Assembly (NCBI GenBank): GCA_045046875.1
Contig: JASFYY010000093.1
Coordinates: forward strand, 1-64,000
Direction of reading: 5' to 3'
Origin: Verrucomicrobiota bacterium
GTDB taxonomy: Bacteria; Verrucomicrobiota; Verrucomicrobiia; Verrucomicrobiales; DEV007
Length of the DNA: 64,000 nt
Part shown: positions 29,103 through 38,932 of the stretch, one piece after another
How the letters are laid out: each line of letters opens with the position of its first letter
Position numbering within the stretch: the first letter of the stretch is position 1
Made by a program: the position numbers and the translations under genes
The notes under the pieces: model-generated
Database searches by the model: none
Seen by the model: the letters and a program-made list of their open reading frames with translations, nothing else
Told to the model about the DNA's origin: nothing

Positions 29103-30905
29103 TCACCTCCTGATTTCCACCACATATTTATCCTGGATATCCGGCCAGCGTGGAATATCCCCCTCCACCCGCAGCTCCCATTCGATCGCGTTATTCCCTG
29201 TGTTCAAAGTAGGCACCACATCCACAGGCAATTCAAACTGCACCGTGCCCGAACGGATATCAGAGTGCATCGATGACTCAAAAAGGCTATGCACATAAAA
29301 AACCTCCCGACTGGTATGAGTCTTGGTTCCACGCCGGTAAGTAGCTGCTTCTACTCCCCATAAAGCAATTTCCAAATGCTGAATGCGCTCGGCATTCGAC
29401 GCGATTTTCCATGACATTTCAAAAGTTTGCCCAGGGCGAAAAATTCCCGGCTGCAAAGTAATCACCGGCTTGGGATTGGTCAGGGACAACAACTGATACA
29501 AAAAAACCAGAATCACCACCAGACCAACCAGAACAAAAGGTATCAAAAATAGCGCCATAAACCACTCTCCCTTTCCGCTTTGAAAACCCTTCACGACTTG
29601 AACCAGGAATACCGAAACAATTCCATTCCAAAACAAAGCGAAAATCAATACCGCCAAAGCTCCTCCCAAGCGTTTTTTGCCAGGGTTCAACACTTTTGCC
29701 TCCTCGCTGATCTCTTGCTCAAAAGATCTATCACTGAGCACCGAGGAACGCCGTGGCGCAGCTGTTTCTCTTACTTCCCCTGCTCCGGATTGATACGCAT
29801 TGGCAAAAAGCCCGCCTTCCGTGGGAGCCGCCCCCATCACCCTGTCGCCTCTCCCCCGACTGCCGCGCAAACCTGATCTCAACACGGAAATCCCGATCAC
29901 CACAAACAGCAGTGGAATCAAAGCGAACAGCAAAACCGGAGAGAAACCGGGTTTGAGCAACGCTTTTTCTGGAATATCAGGGTTCACATAACAAAGCTGC
30001 TGGGATCCTCTTGGATAGCTCCTGGCAATCTCCCTTTTACCCCCACGACCACTGGAGGAACCCCCGAACACACCATACTTATTCGAGCGGTAAGTATTAC
30101 CACGGAATTTATATTCGTAAAAAATATCAACACTGTAAGTGATACTGGTCTTGCCATCACTAGTGCTCTCGTGGCGCTGCACCCGGCTCCAAAGGATTTT
30201 ACATGGAGTCTCCTGCCAACTTCGCGAAGCTGCCATTTCCATCGCCGGGATCACCCCCAACGGAATCGTCACCCCAGCACCAATCAAGGCAAACAGACCA
30301 CCAAAAATCAGTTTGAACTTCCAGCCCGTCAACTTGGAGCTGCCACCTCGACTGGAAATCGACTGCGTGCGCCCCTCTTTTTCTGCCTTTTTTTTGCGCA
30401 GCGAAACCACCCCGCCCCACACGATGGCTCCACCGACAGCAATAAATATCAAGGGTAACAACATCATCAAACCTGTGCCGACGCCCTCTCGTTTGATCAC
30501 CGCATTGGCCGGATTATCAGGATTCACATAACAGCTTGTCACCTCACCGCGCAGCAATCCCTTGCGCTTGAGCGCCAGTTTTTCATAGTCGTCACTCCAA
30601 TGCTCTTGCAAGGTGTATTGGGTGGAAGTGAAACTATTGCCTTTGAACTTGTATTGATAGTTCACTTGCAACTGAAACGCCCCGCCTTCACGCCCCTGTT
30701 GCGTCTTGATCTCACAATTCTCGATTTTACAGGGAGTTTCTTCCCAAAGATACGCCTTTGCCTCTTTCATCGCCTGCCCGGCAATAAGAAAAATAAAAAC
30801 CAAGCCGAAGCCAGCAAACACCAATCCAAATAAGACTATGCAGCCTCCTCCTGCTTGATTCGATTTTTTTCCAGCACTGATACTATTAGCCACGGCACAA
30901 AGCAT
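29103..30905 (-). CDS. Membrane protein with two DUF3592-like units and a C-terminal arrestin-like domain
   Basis: Twice TM-W.ETPCKI...Y.YKF.GN...CYVNPD.P..A-TM; third TM pair FALFWNGIV; SD GGAGGA upstream of ATG 30905. Confidence 0.8.
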   Translation of the reverse strand: MLCAVANSISAGKKSNQAGGGCIVLFGLVFAGFGLVFIFLIAGQAMKEAKAYLWEETPCKIENCEIKTQQGREGGAFQLQVNYQYKFKGNSFTSTQYTLQEHWSDDYEKLALKRKGLLRGEVTSCYVNPDNPANAVIKREGVGTGLMMLLPLIFIAVGGAIVWGGVVSLRKKKAEKEGRTQSISSRGGSSKLTGWKFKLIFGGLFALIGAGVTIPLGVIPAMEMAASRSWQETPCKILWSRVQRHESTSDGKTSITYSVDIFYEYKFRGNTYRSNKYGVFGGSSSGRGGKREIARSYPRGSQQLCYVNPDIPEKALLKPGFSPVLLFALIPLLFVVIGISVLRSGLRGSRGRGDRVMGAAPTEGGLFANAYQSGAGEVRETAAPRRSSVLSDRSFEQEISEEAKVLNPGKKRLGGALAVLIFALFWNGIVSVFLVQVVKGFQSGKGEWFMALFLIPFVLVGLVVILVFLYQLLSLTNPKPVITLQPGIFRPGQTFEMSWKIASNAERIQHLEIALWGVEAATYRRGTKTHTSREVFYVHSLFESSMHSDIRSGTVQFELPVDVVPTLNTGNNAIEWELRVEGDIPRWPDIQDKYVVEIRR

Positions 30906-30999
30906 GGGCGAATTCCTCCGTTTGGCAAAGGGTAAAATCCAACAAATTTTATACTTGAAGTTTGCGCATTCCACACTCCACGCTTTTAGTTGATCCAAT

Positions 31000-31524
31000 A
31001 TGAAAACACTGATTGTTACTGCGCTTGTTCTGACTCTGATCGCCTCTTACCTTTTTGTTCCCAGCCTGATGGCCGAACCACTCAAAGTAGGTGACCCCGC
31101 CCCTACCCTGAAAACCATCGATGAAAACGGCAAAAGCATCGATCTCGGAGAGGAACTCAAGAGCGGTTTCACCTTGGTTTATTTCTACCCCAAAGCCGAC
31201 ACCCCGGGTTGCACCAAACAAGCCTGCAACCTGCGTGACGAATTTACTGCAGTTTCCAAGGCAGGCATCAAGGTTTTTGGTGTCAGCGCCGATACCCCGG
31301 CCGATCAAAAAGCCTTCAAAGACAAATTCAAACTTCCCTTTGTCCTGCTGGCTGATAAAAAAGGCGAAGTGATTAAAGCCTTTGGAGTCCCGCTCCGTGG
31401 CGGAAGTTTTGCTTCACGCCAGAGCTTCCTGGTCAAAGACGGCAAAATCGTCTGGCGCGACCTCAAAGCCAAACCGGTGACTCAAGCAGCAGATGCCATC
31501 GCAGCTGCAAAAGAAAACTCCTGA
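31000..31524 (+). CDS. bcp: Peroxiredoxin, BCP/PrxQ family, with signal peptide
   Basis: YFYPKADTPGCTKQAC, GVSAD, LPFVLLAD. Confidence 0.92.
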   Translation: MKTLIVTALVLTLIASYLFVPSLMAEPLKVGDPAPTLKTIDENGKSIDLGEELKSGFTLVYFYPKADTPGCTKQACNLRDEFTAVSKAGIKVFGVSADTPADQKAFKDKFKLPFVLLADKKGEVIKAFGVPLRGGSFASRQSFLVKDGKIVWRDLKAKPVTQAADAIAAAKENS

Positions 31525-31545
31525 ACCCTAAAAATATCTACCAAA

Positions 31546-31577
31546 CAAAAAGCCACTCCGCGTGAGTGGCTTTTTTG
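31546..31577. terminator. Bidirectional intrinsic terminator
   Basis: aaaaagccactc-cgcgt-gagtggctttttt between convergent genes. Confidence 0.9.
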
Positions 31578-31584
31578 TATCCAC

Positions 31585-32013
31585 TCACTTGAACTTGATT
31601 TGGATTTTATGCGGCCCCTTGATCACCCACTTGCCGGTTTTGCGGGACACACGCACAAAGGTTTCATCTGACGTCGCCCTTAAAACTTGAATCCCTGACT
31701 TCACCACCGGCCGCCCCTTCAATAAAATCTCATCTTTGTTCACATCGTAAACCAACTCACCACAAGTCACATAAACCCATTTGTCCGTGCCTTTGGGCTT
31801 CACCTTGATCGACACCTGACCGGAAGCGGCCAAGCCCACCAAGTCCCCTGTCTTTTCATCCATCGCCGGTGACACCGTCTCAGCAGAAATAATCAAATTG
31901 TCCGACAAAGGAAAAGTGACCACCTCCTTATCCGCAGCCTGCCCATAAACAACCATCAGATCAAACAAAGCAATAAGCAATACCCCCAAATTAAATTTCA
32001 TCTGTATTTTCAT
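31585..32013 (-). CDS. Secreted LptA/OstA-like beta-jellyroll protein (inferred)
   Basis: Signal peptide; ASGQVSI...LVYD...ILLKGRPVVKSG pattern. Confidence 0.55.
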   Translation of the reverse strand: MKIQMKFNLGVLLIALFDLMVVYGQAADKEVVTFPLSDNLIISAETVSPAMDEKTGDLVGLAASGQVSIKVKPKGTDKWVYVTCGELVYDVNKDEILLKGRPVVKSGIQVLRATSDETFVRVSRKTGKWVIKGPHKIQIKFK

Positions 32014-32015
32014 AA

Positions 32016-32050
32016 ATTCTATCTCCTGAATGCTACCTCCTACCTCTTTC
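32016..32050. repeat. Degenerate heptamer array overlapping the hslR stop
   Basis: attctat ctcctga atgctac ctcctac ctctttc. Confidence 0.5.
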
Positions 32051-32492
32051 TTCCCAGCCCCTCATCCCACTTCCGATACACCGCCTCCCGCTGTTCCGCC
32101 TCCAACATCACTTCTTCAATTTCTCGGCGCTGCCTTTTAGTCGGTCGCCCAGCCCCACGGTCACGAATCAAATCAGCTGTGGCATTGAGCTTCCTCTGCT
32201 CTTCAGCTAGTGCATACACTTCAGGCGGCGTAAGGTCTTCGACATACTGATCCACCACCTTCGCCCCCACTCGACGCTTCAACAGCTCACGCACCCTCAG
32301 CGTTTTTTCAATATTCTGATGCCGTATCCCCAACTCATCCCCCACCCGCACCGCACGCGAAGGTTTTATCCGGTGACCATTCACCATCACCCAACCCTTA
32401 CGACAAGCGTCCGCTGCTAAAGAGCGTGTTTTGTAAAAACGCACCGCCCAGAGCCAGATATCAATCCGAGCGCTGTCTGTTTCTTCTATCAT
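32040..32492 (-). CDS. hslR: Ribosome-associated heat-shock protein Hsp15 (S4 domain)
   Basis: RIDIWLWAVRFYKTRSLA, KPSRAVRVGD, GRPTKRQRR; ATG 32492. Confidence 0.92.
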   Translation of the reverse strand: MIEETDSARIDIWLWAVRFYKTRSLAADACRKGWVMVNGHRIKPSRAVRVGDELGIRHQNIEKTLRVRELLKRRVGAKVVDQYVEDLTPPEVYALAEEQRKLNATADLIRDRGAGRPTKRQRREIEEVMLEAEQREAVYRKWDEGLGRKR

Positions 32493-32550
32493 CGGTGGGC
32501 AATATAAAGGCACACACTACGCCTTGTCGTCCCATAATGCCACTCATCCC

Positions 32551-32622
32551 GTAAAACAGATTTCCATATCTGTTCCCCCCCTAAAGGTCGCGACAATGGA
32601 CAGATATGGAAATCTATCCTAC
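32551..32622. repeat. GTAG-type REP doublet (REPIN-like)
   Basis: gtaaaacagatttccatatctgttc paired with the reverse-strand gtaggatagatttccatatctgtcc; perfect 16-bp inverted core 32558-32573/32600-32615; each arm internally palindromic. Confidence 0.8.
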
Positions 32623-32636
32623 GCTTGTTCAGCTCC

Positions 32637-33950
32637 GTGAAAAATCCCCTCATCACCATTTTCATTCTCACCCTCTGCTGCCTCCTCAGCGGCCAAACCG
32701 AGGAGCAAAACAACTGGCCGCAATGGCGTGGCCCTTTTGGCACCGGCGAGGCCGCAAAGAATGCCGATCCGCCCATCAGCTGGAATGAAAAGCAAAACAT
32801 CAAATGGAAAATTTTCATCCCGGGACTGGGACACTCCACTCCCGTCATTTGGGGCGATCATATCTTCCTAACCACCGCCATCCCTGTAGGCAAAAAACTC
32901 CCGCCCACCTACAGCAGTGCACCGGGGGCTCACGACAACGCGGCGATCACCCAAAAACATGACTTCGCCGTATTGGCCTTCGACCGCAAAAGCGGCAAAA
33001 AACTGTGGCAACGAACGGTAAAACAAACCCTCCCCAAGGCCGGCGGTCATGTCAGCGGCAGTCTGGCCTCCGCATCTCCCTGCACCGACGGCAAACAAGT
33101 TTACGCCTTTTTTGGATCCTACGGACTCTACGCCCTCGACTTCGATGGCAAAATCAAATGGCAAGCAGACCTTGGCAGCATGCACAGCAAACACGGTCAC
33201 GGAGAAGGCGCTTCACCCGCGCTGATCGACAACACGCTCATCGTCAATTGGGATCATGAAAAACAATCTTTTGTAATCGCCTTCGATACCAAAACTGGTA
33301 AGCAAATCTGGAAAAAATCACGGGACGAAAACACCTCCTGGTCTTCATCCGTAGCGTTTCATTATAAGGGCAAATCCCAAGTGCTGGTCAGCGGCACCCA
33401 ACGAGTGCGTTGTTACGATGTGAAAAACGGCGATCTCATTTGGGAATGCGGAGGACTTTCCGCCAACGTGGTCGCCACCCCCATCGTGCATGATGGTTTT
33501 GCCTGGGTCGGTAGCAGTTACGATACCCGGGCCTTGATGGCTATCCGCTTGAAAGGTGCCAAAGGCGACATCAGTGGTAGCGAACACATCATCTGGTCAC
33601 GGAAAAAGCGCACCCCCTATGTGCCCTCACCCTTGCTTTATAAAGACACCCTGTATTACTTCGCCCACTATCAACCCGTCATTTCACGGGTGATCGCCAA
33701 AACTGGCGAGGATCTGCCCGGCCCTTTACGTCTCAACGGCCTGCGCAATCTTTACGCATCCCCCGTGGGCGCTGCTGACCGTATTTACCTGACCGACCTC
33801 TCCGGCACCACCATGGTCATCAGTCACAGCAAGGAGCTACCTGAAATGTTAGCCGACAATCATCTCGACGATGAATTCAGTGCCTCCCCAGTCATCGTTG
33901 ACAATCAAATCTTCCTGCGTGGCCGCAAGCTCTATTGCATTTCCAAGTGA
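32637..33950 (+). CDS. PQQ-binding-like (BamB-like) beta-propeller, secreted
   Basis: NWPQWRGP, NIKWK..PGLGHSTPVIWG, ASPCTDG, YVPSPLL, ASPV; GTG 32637 inferred. Confidence 0.88.
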   Translation: MKNPLITIFILTLCCLLSGQTEEQNNWPQWRGPFGTGEAAKNADPPISWNEKQNIKWKIFIPGLGHSTPVIWGDHIFLTTAIPVGKKLPPTYSSAPGAHDNAAITQKHDFAVLAFDRKSGKKLWQRTVKQTLPKAGGHVSGSLASASPCTDGKQVYAFFGSYGLYALDFDGKIKWQADLGSMHSKHGHGEGASPALIDNTLIVNWDHEKQSFVIAFDTKTGKQIWKKSRDENTSWSSSVAFHYKGKSQVLVSGTQRVRCYDVKNGDLIWECGGLSANVVATPIVHDGFAWVGSSYDTRALMAIRLKGAKGDISGSEHIIWSRKKRTPYVPSPLLYKDTLYYFAHYQPVISRVIAKTGEDLPGPLRLNGLRNLYASPVGAADRIYLTDLSGTTMVISHSKELPEMLADNHLDDEFSASPVIVDNQIFLRGRKLYCISK

Positions 33951-33980
33951 GAATTAGGATTCCGTCATACGGCGCATAGT

Positions 33981-34988
33981 TCACTCCTTGTCCATTTTGC
34001 TGCGGCGCTTGGCAATCATCCGTTTGGCCAGTTCATCGACAATCACCCCTGCCAGGATCACTGAACCAATCACCGCTAATTCGATATTTTTAGAAATCCA
34101 ATCGATCAAATTGATCGAGTTATTCAACACCCGCATCACCGCTGTGCCAATGATCACTCCCAGGATGGTACCCTCGCCTCCCCGCAGGCTACAGCCACCC
34201 AGCACCGCTGCGGCAATCGCGTACAGTTCATAAAAATTACCAAAATCCACCGGTTGCGCAGAGTTGACATCGAGAACAAATAACAGTCCTCCCAATCCCG
34301 CCAACGACGAGCAAATCACATAAGCAGAAATGATCATGCGATCAGTATGGATGCCGCTGAACCTGGCAGCTTCCTCATTATTCCCCAACGCTTTCAGGTG
34401 GCGCCCGTAAACCGTCTGGTTTAAAAAAAATGCCGAAGCGAGGGCAACAACCAGCAAAAACACTACAGGCATCGGAAGGCCGAAACTAGCCGTGAGCGGA
34501 ATTTTTCCAGTCGCTAAAACCTTCAAACCTTGAAAGGAATTCTGAAATCCCTGGGTCTGATCACCGGTGAATCCCCGGGAAACCCCTCGGTAAATCAACA
34601 AACCGCACAAGGTCACCACAAAGGGTTGCAGCTTGAGTTTAGTGATCAACAAACCGTGAATCAAGCCAATGCCCGCTGCGATCAACAGCACCGTAGGTAA
34701 AGCAAGGGCCAATGGCCAATCTTTCTCCATCAGTAACCACGGAAAACCAACCCCCACCAGACAGATCACCGAACCAATCGACAAATCAATACCTCCGGTA
34801 ATAATGACAAAAGCAACGCCAATGCCGATGATACCAAAAAGAGCAATACGCTTTAACAGGTTTTCCTGATTATAAGCCGTCAGAAAACTCCATTGATGCT
34901 CTGTCAATAAATCGCTGAAAACCCAGGTAGCCAACCACACAAAAAGCAGTAAACCCCCGATCCCCAGTATTTTATTCATTCCTTTCAT
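33981..34988 (-). CDS. Sugar ABC transporter permease (RbsC-like)
   Basis: ITGGIDLSIG, QPFVVTL, GNNEEAARFSGI, YELYAIAAAVLGG. Confidence 0.93.
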   Translation of the reverse strand: MKGMNKILGIGGLLLFVWLATWVFSDLLTEHQWSFLTAYNQENLLKRIALFGIIGIGVAFVIITGGIDLSIGSVICLVGVGFPWLLMEKDWPLALALPTVLLIAAGIGLIHGLLITKLKLQPFVVTLCGLLIYRGVSRGFTGDQTQGFQNSFQGLKVLATGKIPLTASFGLPMPVVFLLVVALASAFFLNQTVYGRHLKALGNNEEAARFSGIHTDRMIISAYVICSSLAGLGGLLFVLDVNSAQPVDFGNFYELYAIAAAVLGGCSLRGGEGTILGVIIGTAVMRVLNNSINLIDWISKNIELAVIGSVILAGVIVDELAKRMIAKRRSKMDKE

Positions 34989-35022
34989 TTAAACATTTTC
35001 CAGCTCACACCCGTAACACTCC

Positions 35023-36540
35023 TCATACAGCAACCTTCGTTGCCAAGTGCATCACTGCTTCTTCATCCAATTGCGATTTTGCCAATTCGCCGGAAATCTC
35101 CCCTTCGTGCATCACCAAAACCCGATCCGCTACTCCCAGTATTTCCTCCATCTCACTGGATACAAACAATACCGCAACTCCTTTGCCGGCCAGGTCTTCC
35201 ATCAGAGCATAAATTTCCTGCTTGGCACCAATGTCGATTCCACGTGTCGGTTCATCCAATAGCAGCACCTTGGGCTGCATCGCCAGCCATTTACCCACCA
35301 CCACCTTCTGCTGATTACCGCCAGATAAAAAACGCACCACCTGCTCATCATCCGGAGTCTTTATTCTCATCTGATCAATCATCGTCTGGCTGATCCGGAT
35401 CTCCGCCTTTTGGTTCAAAATCCCCCCGGCTTTTTTATCGCGGGACAAACTGGCCAAGCTCATGTTCTCCCTAACGCTCATGTCCAGGATCAAACCCTGG
35501 CTCTTGCGGTCTTCTGGCACCAAAGCCATGCCCGCAGCGATCGCATCACGGGGACTGTTCAATTCCAGCGGTGCCCCACCCTGCACCCGGATTTCTCCTG
35601 CCAAAGGCGGATGAACTCCGAACAAGGCTTCCACCATCTCCGTTCTGCCCGCTCCGACCAAACCCGCTACCCCGATAATCTCACCCGCCCTCAGTTCAAA
35701 ACTCAAATCGTGTTCAGGGTGAGCCTGTGTGCGCAGACCTTTGACCGACAAAGCCACCTCGCCCAACTCCCCCTGGGTGCGTTCATATAATTGCGCCACC
35801 TCGCGTCCCACCATCAATTTGACCATCGCATCATGCCCGATTTCTTGCTTGGAAAGTTCACCGGCATTCTCTCCATCCCTTAACACCGTCACCCGGTCAG
35901 CCAACTCTTTCACCTCACCCAGACGATGGGAAATATAAATGATACCCACCCCCTGGCAACGCAGCTCTTTGATCACCGCAAACAAATTTTTCGTCTCAGT
36001 TTGTGACAGACTCGAGGTGGGTTCATCCATGATCAATACCCGGGCATTCACCGACAGCGCTTTTGCTATTTCCACCATCTGTTGCTGGCCAATCGGCATA
36101 TCCCCCACCAACTTGTCGGGATCCACATCGAGACCTATACACTTGAGAAACTTGCGTGACTCACTACGGATTTTTTTAGCATCAATCACCCCCCAGCGTC
36201 CCGGCTCCCGGCCAAGGAAAATGTTCGCCCCTACCGTCAAATTGGATGCCAGGTTCAGCTCCTGATGAATCAATACCACCCCCTGTTCCAACGCCGCTTC
36301 TACCGATACCTCAGCCACCCTTTCTCCGGCGATCCAAATCTCCCCCTGATCCGGCGGTTGCACTCCTGCCAGAATTTTCATCAAGGTGCTCTTGCCTGCA
36401 CCGTTTTCACCAATCACCGCCAACACTTCCCCCTGGCGCAAGTTTAAATCCACCTCGTCCAACGCTCTGACCCCAGGGAAACTTTTCCCCACTCCCTTAA
36501 CCTGCAAAAAGGGGGCAGCCTTTAGTTTATTCTTTTCCAT
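35023..36540 (-). CDS. Sugar ABC transporter ATP-binding protein (RbsA-like, two NBDs)
   Basis: [40 protein letters not shown]. Confidence 0.95.
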   Translation of the reverse strand: MEKNKLKAAPFLQVKGVGKSFPGVRALDEVDLNLRQGEVLAVIGENGAGKSTLMKILAGVQPPDQGEIWIAGERVAEVSVEAALEQGVVLIHQELNLASNLTVGANIFLGREPGRWGVIDAKKIRSESRKFLKCIGLDVDPDKLVGDMPIGQQQMVEIAKALSVNARVLIMDEPTSSLSQTETKNLFAVIKELRCQGVGIIYISHRLGEVKELADRVTVLRDGENAGELSKQEIGHDAMVKLMVGREVAQLYERTQGELGEVALSVKGLRTQAHPEHDLSFELRAGEIIGVAGLVGAGRTEMVEALFGVHPPLAGEIRVQGGAPLELNSPRDAIAAGMALVPEDRKSQGLILDMSVRENMSLASLSRDKKAGGILNQKAEIRISQTMIDQMRIKTPDDEQVVRFLSGGNQQKVVVGKWLAMQPKVLLLDEPTRGIDIGAKQEIYALMEDLAGKGVAVLFVSSEMEEILGVADRVLVMHEGEISGELAKSQLDEEAVMHLATKVAV

Positions 36541-36611
36541 AAAGATAATAAATCATCCGATAATTATATTACAGCCCCCAACCTCAATCAACCCTTGGGA
36601 ACTCTGACGCT

Positions 36612-37700
36612 CTATTCCTCTACTCCCTTCCCAATCTGCTCAGCCGGAGCGCTCGCACCCTCCGTCGGCTTCGCTTCCTCTTGACGCTTCGGAGTAGCGA
36701 GTTTCTTTTTCAAATCTTCCCAAAAAACTTCCACATTATCCTTACGAATGAGTCGAGCAGGAATGTCGATCAGACCACTATCAGGCAAACCTGATAGGTC
36801 CCCCTCCAGCACTTGATTCAAAACCTCTATCGACTTGTAGCCGTATTGGTAAGGATTCTGCACCACCGTGCCATACACATTACCATCAATGATGCCTTGC
36901 AGAGTTTCGTCATCTTCATCAAAAGCAACCACCTTCACCTGCCCCAGTTTCCCTCCCTGCGCCAAAGCTTGCAGAATCAAGGGAGGGTTGTAAGCAAACA
37001 ATCCCACCATGCATTTCAGGTCAGGGTAACGGGACAAAGCATCCTCCGCATTGGCTTTTGCCTTGGCTCGATCAAATTGATCCGTCAGAGTTCCCAGAAC
37101 GGTGTATTTGTCCCCCTTGATCACTTTACCCGGAGCATCATAACGGGTCGGATCATCACTGCGATCCAACAGTTCATCGATCAGCCCTTGGCGGCGACGC
37201 TTGGAATTTTCCTGCTCCATCCGGCCAATAAAAATCATAAGCGCGCCGCCCTCAGGCAAAACCTCCTTCACCAGTTGGCCGCACATCCGACCCGCCTTGT
37301 AGTTATCTGTGCCGATGTAATACAAGCGTTTAGAATCCGGAGCATCCGAGTCATGAGTGATCAATTTAGCCCGCCCGGCCACCTCGTTCAAAATCGCCGT
37401 TTGATTGACCGGATCAATCGGGCTCACCGCAACCCCGTCGACTCCTTTCGTGATCAGATCCTCGGGGATATCCTTCTGTTCAGAGATGCCGCCGGCAGGC
37501 ATGAGCACCTGAACCTCTACCCCCAACTCCTGCCCGGCTTTCAACGCACCCGCTTGCCCTATCGTCCAAAAATCCGCCACCCCGTTGGTCACAAAAGCCA
37601 AGCGCGGAACAGGTTTTTTTCCATCACCAGATCCAGATCCTCCACCCCCGCACGCACTCAATAGCAGCATACACCCAGCAACCAATAACCCGTTTTTCAT
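36612..37700 (-). CDS. Sugar ABC transporter substrate-binding lipoprotein
   Basis: Lipobox LLSAC from ATG 37700; FW...G, DSDAP, YIGTDNY, AFDE, VVQNPY.YG. Confidence 0.92.
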   Translation of the reverse strand: MKNGLLVAGCMLLLSACGGGGSGSGDGKKPVPRLAFVTNGVADFWTIGQAGALKAGQELGVEVQVLMPAGGISEQKDIPEDLITKGVDGVAVSPIDPVNQTAILNEVAGRAKLITHDSDAPDSKRLYYIGTDNYKAGRMCGQLVKEVLPEGGALMIFIGRMEQENSKRRRQGLIDELLDRSDDPTRYDAPGKVIKGDKYTVLGTLTDQFDRAKAKANAEDALSRYPDLKCMVGLFAYNPPLILQALAQGGKLGQVKVVAFDEDDETLQGIIDGNVYGTVVQNPYQYGYKSIEVLNQVLEGDLSGLPDSGLIDIPARLIRKDNVEVFWEDLKKKLATPKRQEEAKPTEGASAPAEQIGKGVEE

Positions 37701-37875
37701 TGCGCTTATTCTACAAATACTCATATCCAATCATCTTTTTGTTCGTAATCAGGACACTTTGCCCTGTTTGGCAGCCTGTCGTCAAGGATTGACCGCTGTT
37801 TACTTGTTAAAATCAGATCTAATCACCCGCCGCCTTGACCACCCTCTCCCTATACTGCAAAATAAGATCACTCTA

Positions 37876-38652
37876 ATGATGAACGCAAAGAGCCTCAGCG
37901 AAAAATTTTGCCAACAGCTTGCCGATGACGCGCAACTCGCAACTCTGTTCGACTTCCTGCCCGAAACTTATTTTTTTGTCAAAGATCTCAAAGGCCGTTT
38001 TGTATTAGCCAATCAAGCCGTGCTCAGTACGCTGGGCTTGAAATTCCTCTCCCAACTGATCGGGCAAACCGACTATGATTTTTTCACCGCCAGCCTCGCC
38101 GACAAGTACCGCGAAGAAGACGATTTGGTTATCAAATCAGGCAAAGCCCTGTTCGATCAGGTTTGGTTGGTTCCCAATCAAGATAACGAACTGCGCTGGT
38201 ATTTATCCAGCAAGCGCCCACTGCATGACAAAAACGGCGACATCATCGGCGTCGCTGGAGTGATGCGCGACTTTGACACCGCCGGTGCGGTGCTCGGTCC
38301 CTACGAAAGCCTGAGCAAAGTGATCGCTCACATTCAGTCAAATTATCAGCAAAAAATCGAAATCCCCCAACTTGCCAAAATCGCCCACCTTTCGATCAGT
38401 CAGCTGGAACGGCGTTTCAAAAACCTCTTCAAAATCACTCCGCTGAAATACATCCATCAGGTCAGAATACACGCCGCCAGCAAACTGCTCAACACCACCC
38501 GTGAACCGATCGGCAACATTGCCCTCGACTGCGGATTCTACGATCAAAGCCACTTCACTCGCCAGTTCAAATCCGTCCATGGAGTCAGCCCCTTGGAATA
38601 CCGCAAAGAACACTCCAGCACTACCCGTGCCTCACCACCTAAAGGCATTTAG
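37876..38652 (+). CDS. AraC-family regulator with PAS domain
   Basis: FFVKDLKGRF, GQTDYDFF, SQLERRFK, CGFYDQSHFTRQFK; divergent from the ABC operon; ATG 37876 or 37879. Confidence 0.92.
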   Translation: MMNAKSLSEKFCQQLADDAQLATLFDFLPETYFFVKDLKGRFVLANQAVLSTLGLKFLSQLIGQTDYDFFTASLADKYREEDDLVIKSGKALFDQVWLVPNQDNELRWYLSSKRPLHDKNGDIIGVAGVMRDFDTAGAVLGPYESLSKVIAHIQSNYQQKIEIPQLAKIAHLSISQLERRFKNLFKITPLKYIHQVRIHAASKLLNTTREPIGNIALDCGFYDQSHFTRQFKSVHGVSPLEYRKEHSSTTRASPPKGI

Positions 38653-38932
38653 AACCAGCCTCCAACGGGAGGGCATTTACTCCTGACAACCGCTCTCGCC
38701 AGTAAGCAACAGCTTAAACAAAAACTACCGCCCTTACTCGCCGTCGCGCCTTTTTACCCCTTGTGCCATTTTGGAGCCCCCATCATCATGGGAGAGACAC
38801 AATACGGCAACCACGGCTTCCGCACCGCCGCCGCCGCCCAACTCGACGGCATCATTCCAACAAGTCAGCACTTATCTGGATAAGCAGATCTACGGTGGAA
38901 ACTAAACAGACAGTTCTTCTTAATTGTAACCA

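Noticed and set aside
38760..38810. HFGAPIIMGETQYG as a pseudouridine synthase fragment
   Set aside because: The resemblance is too short and the other RluA motifs are absent
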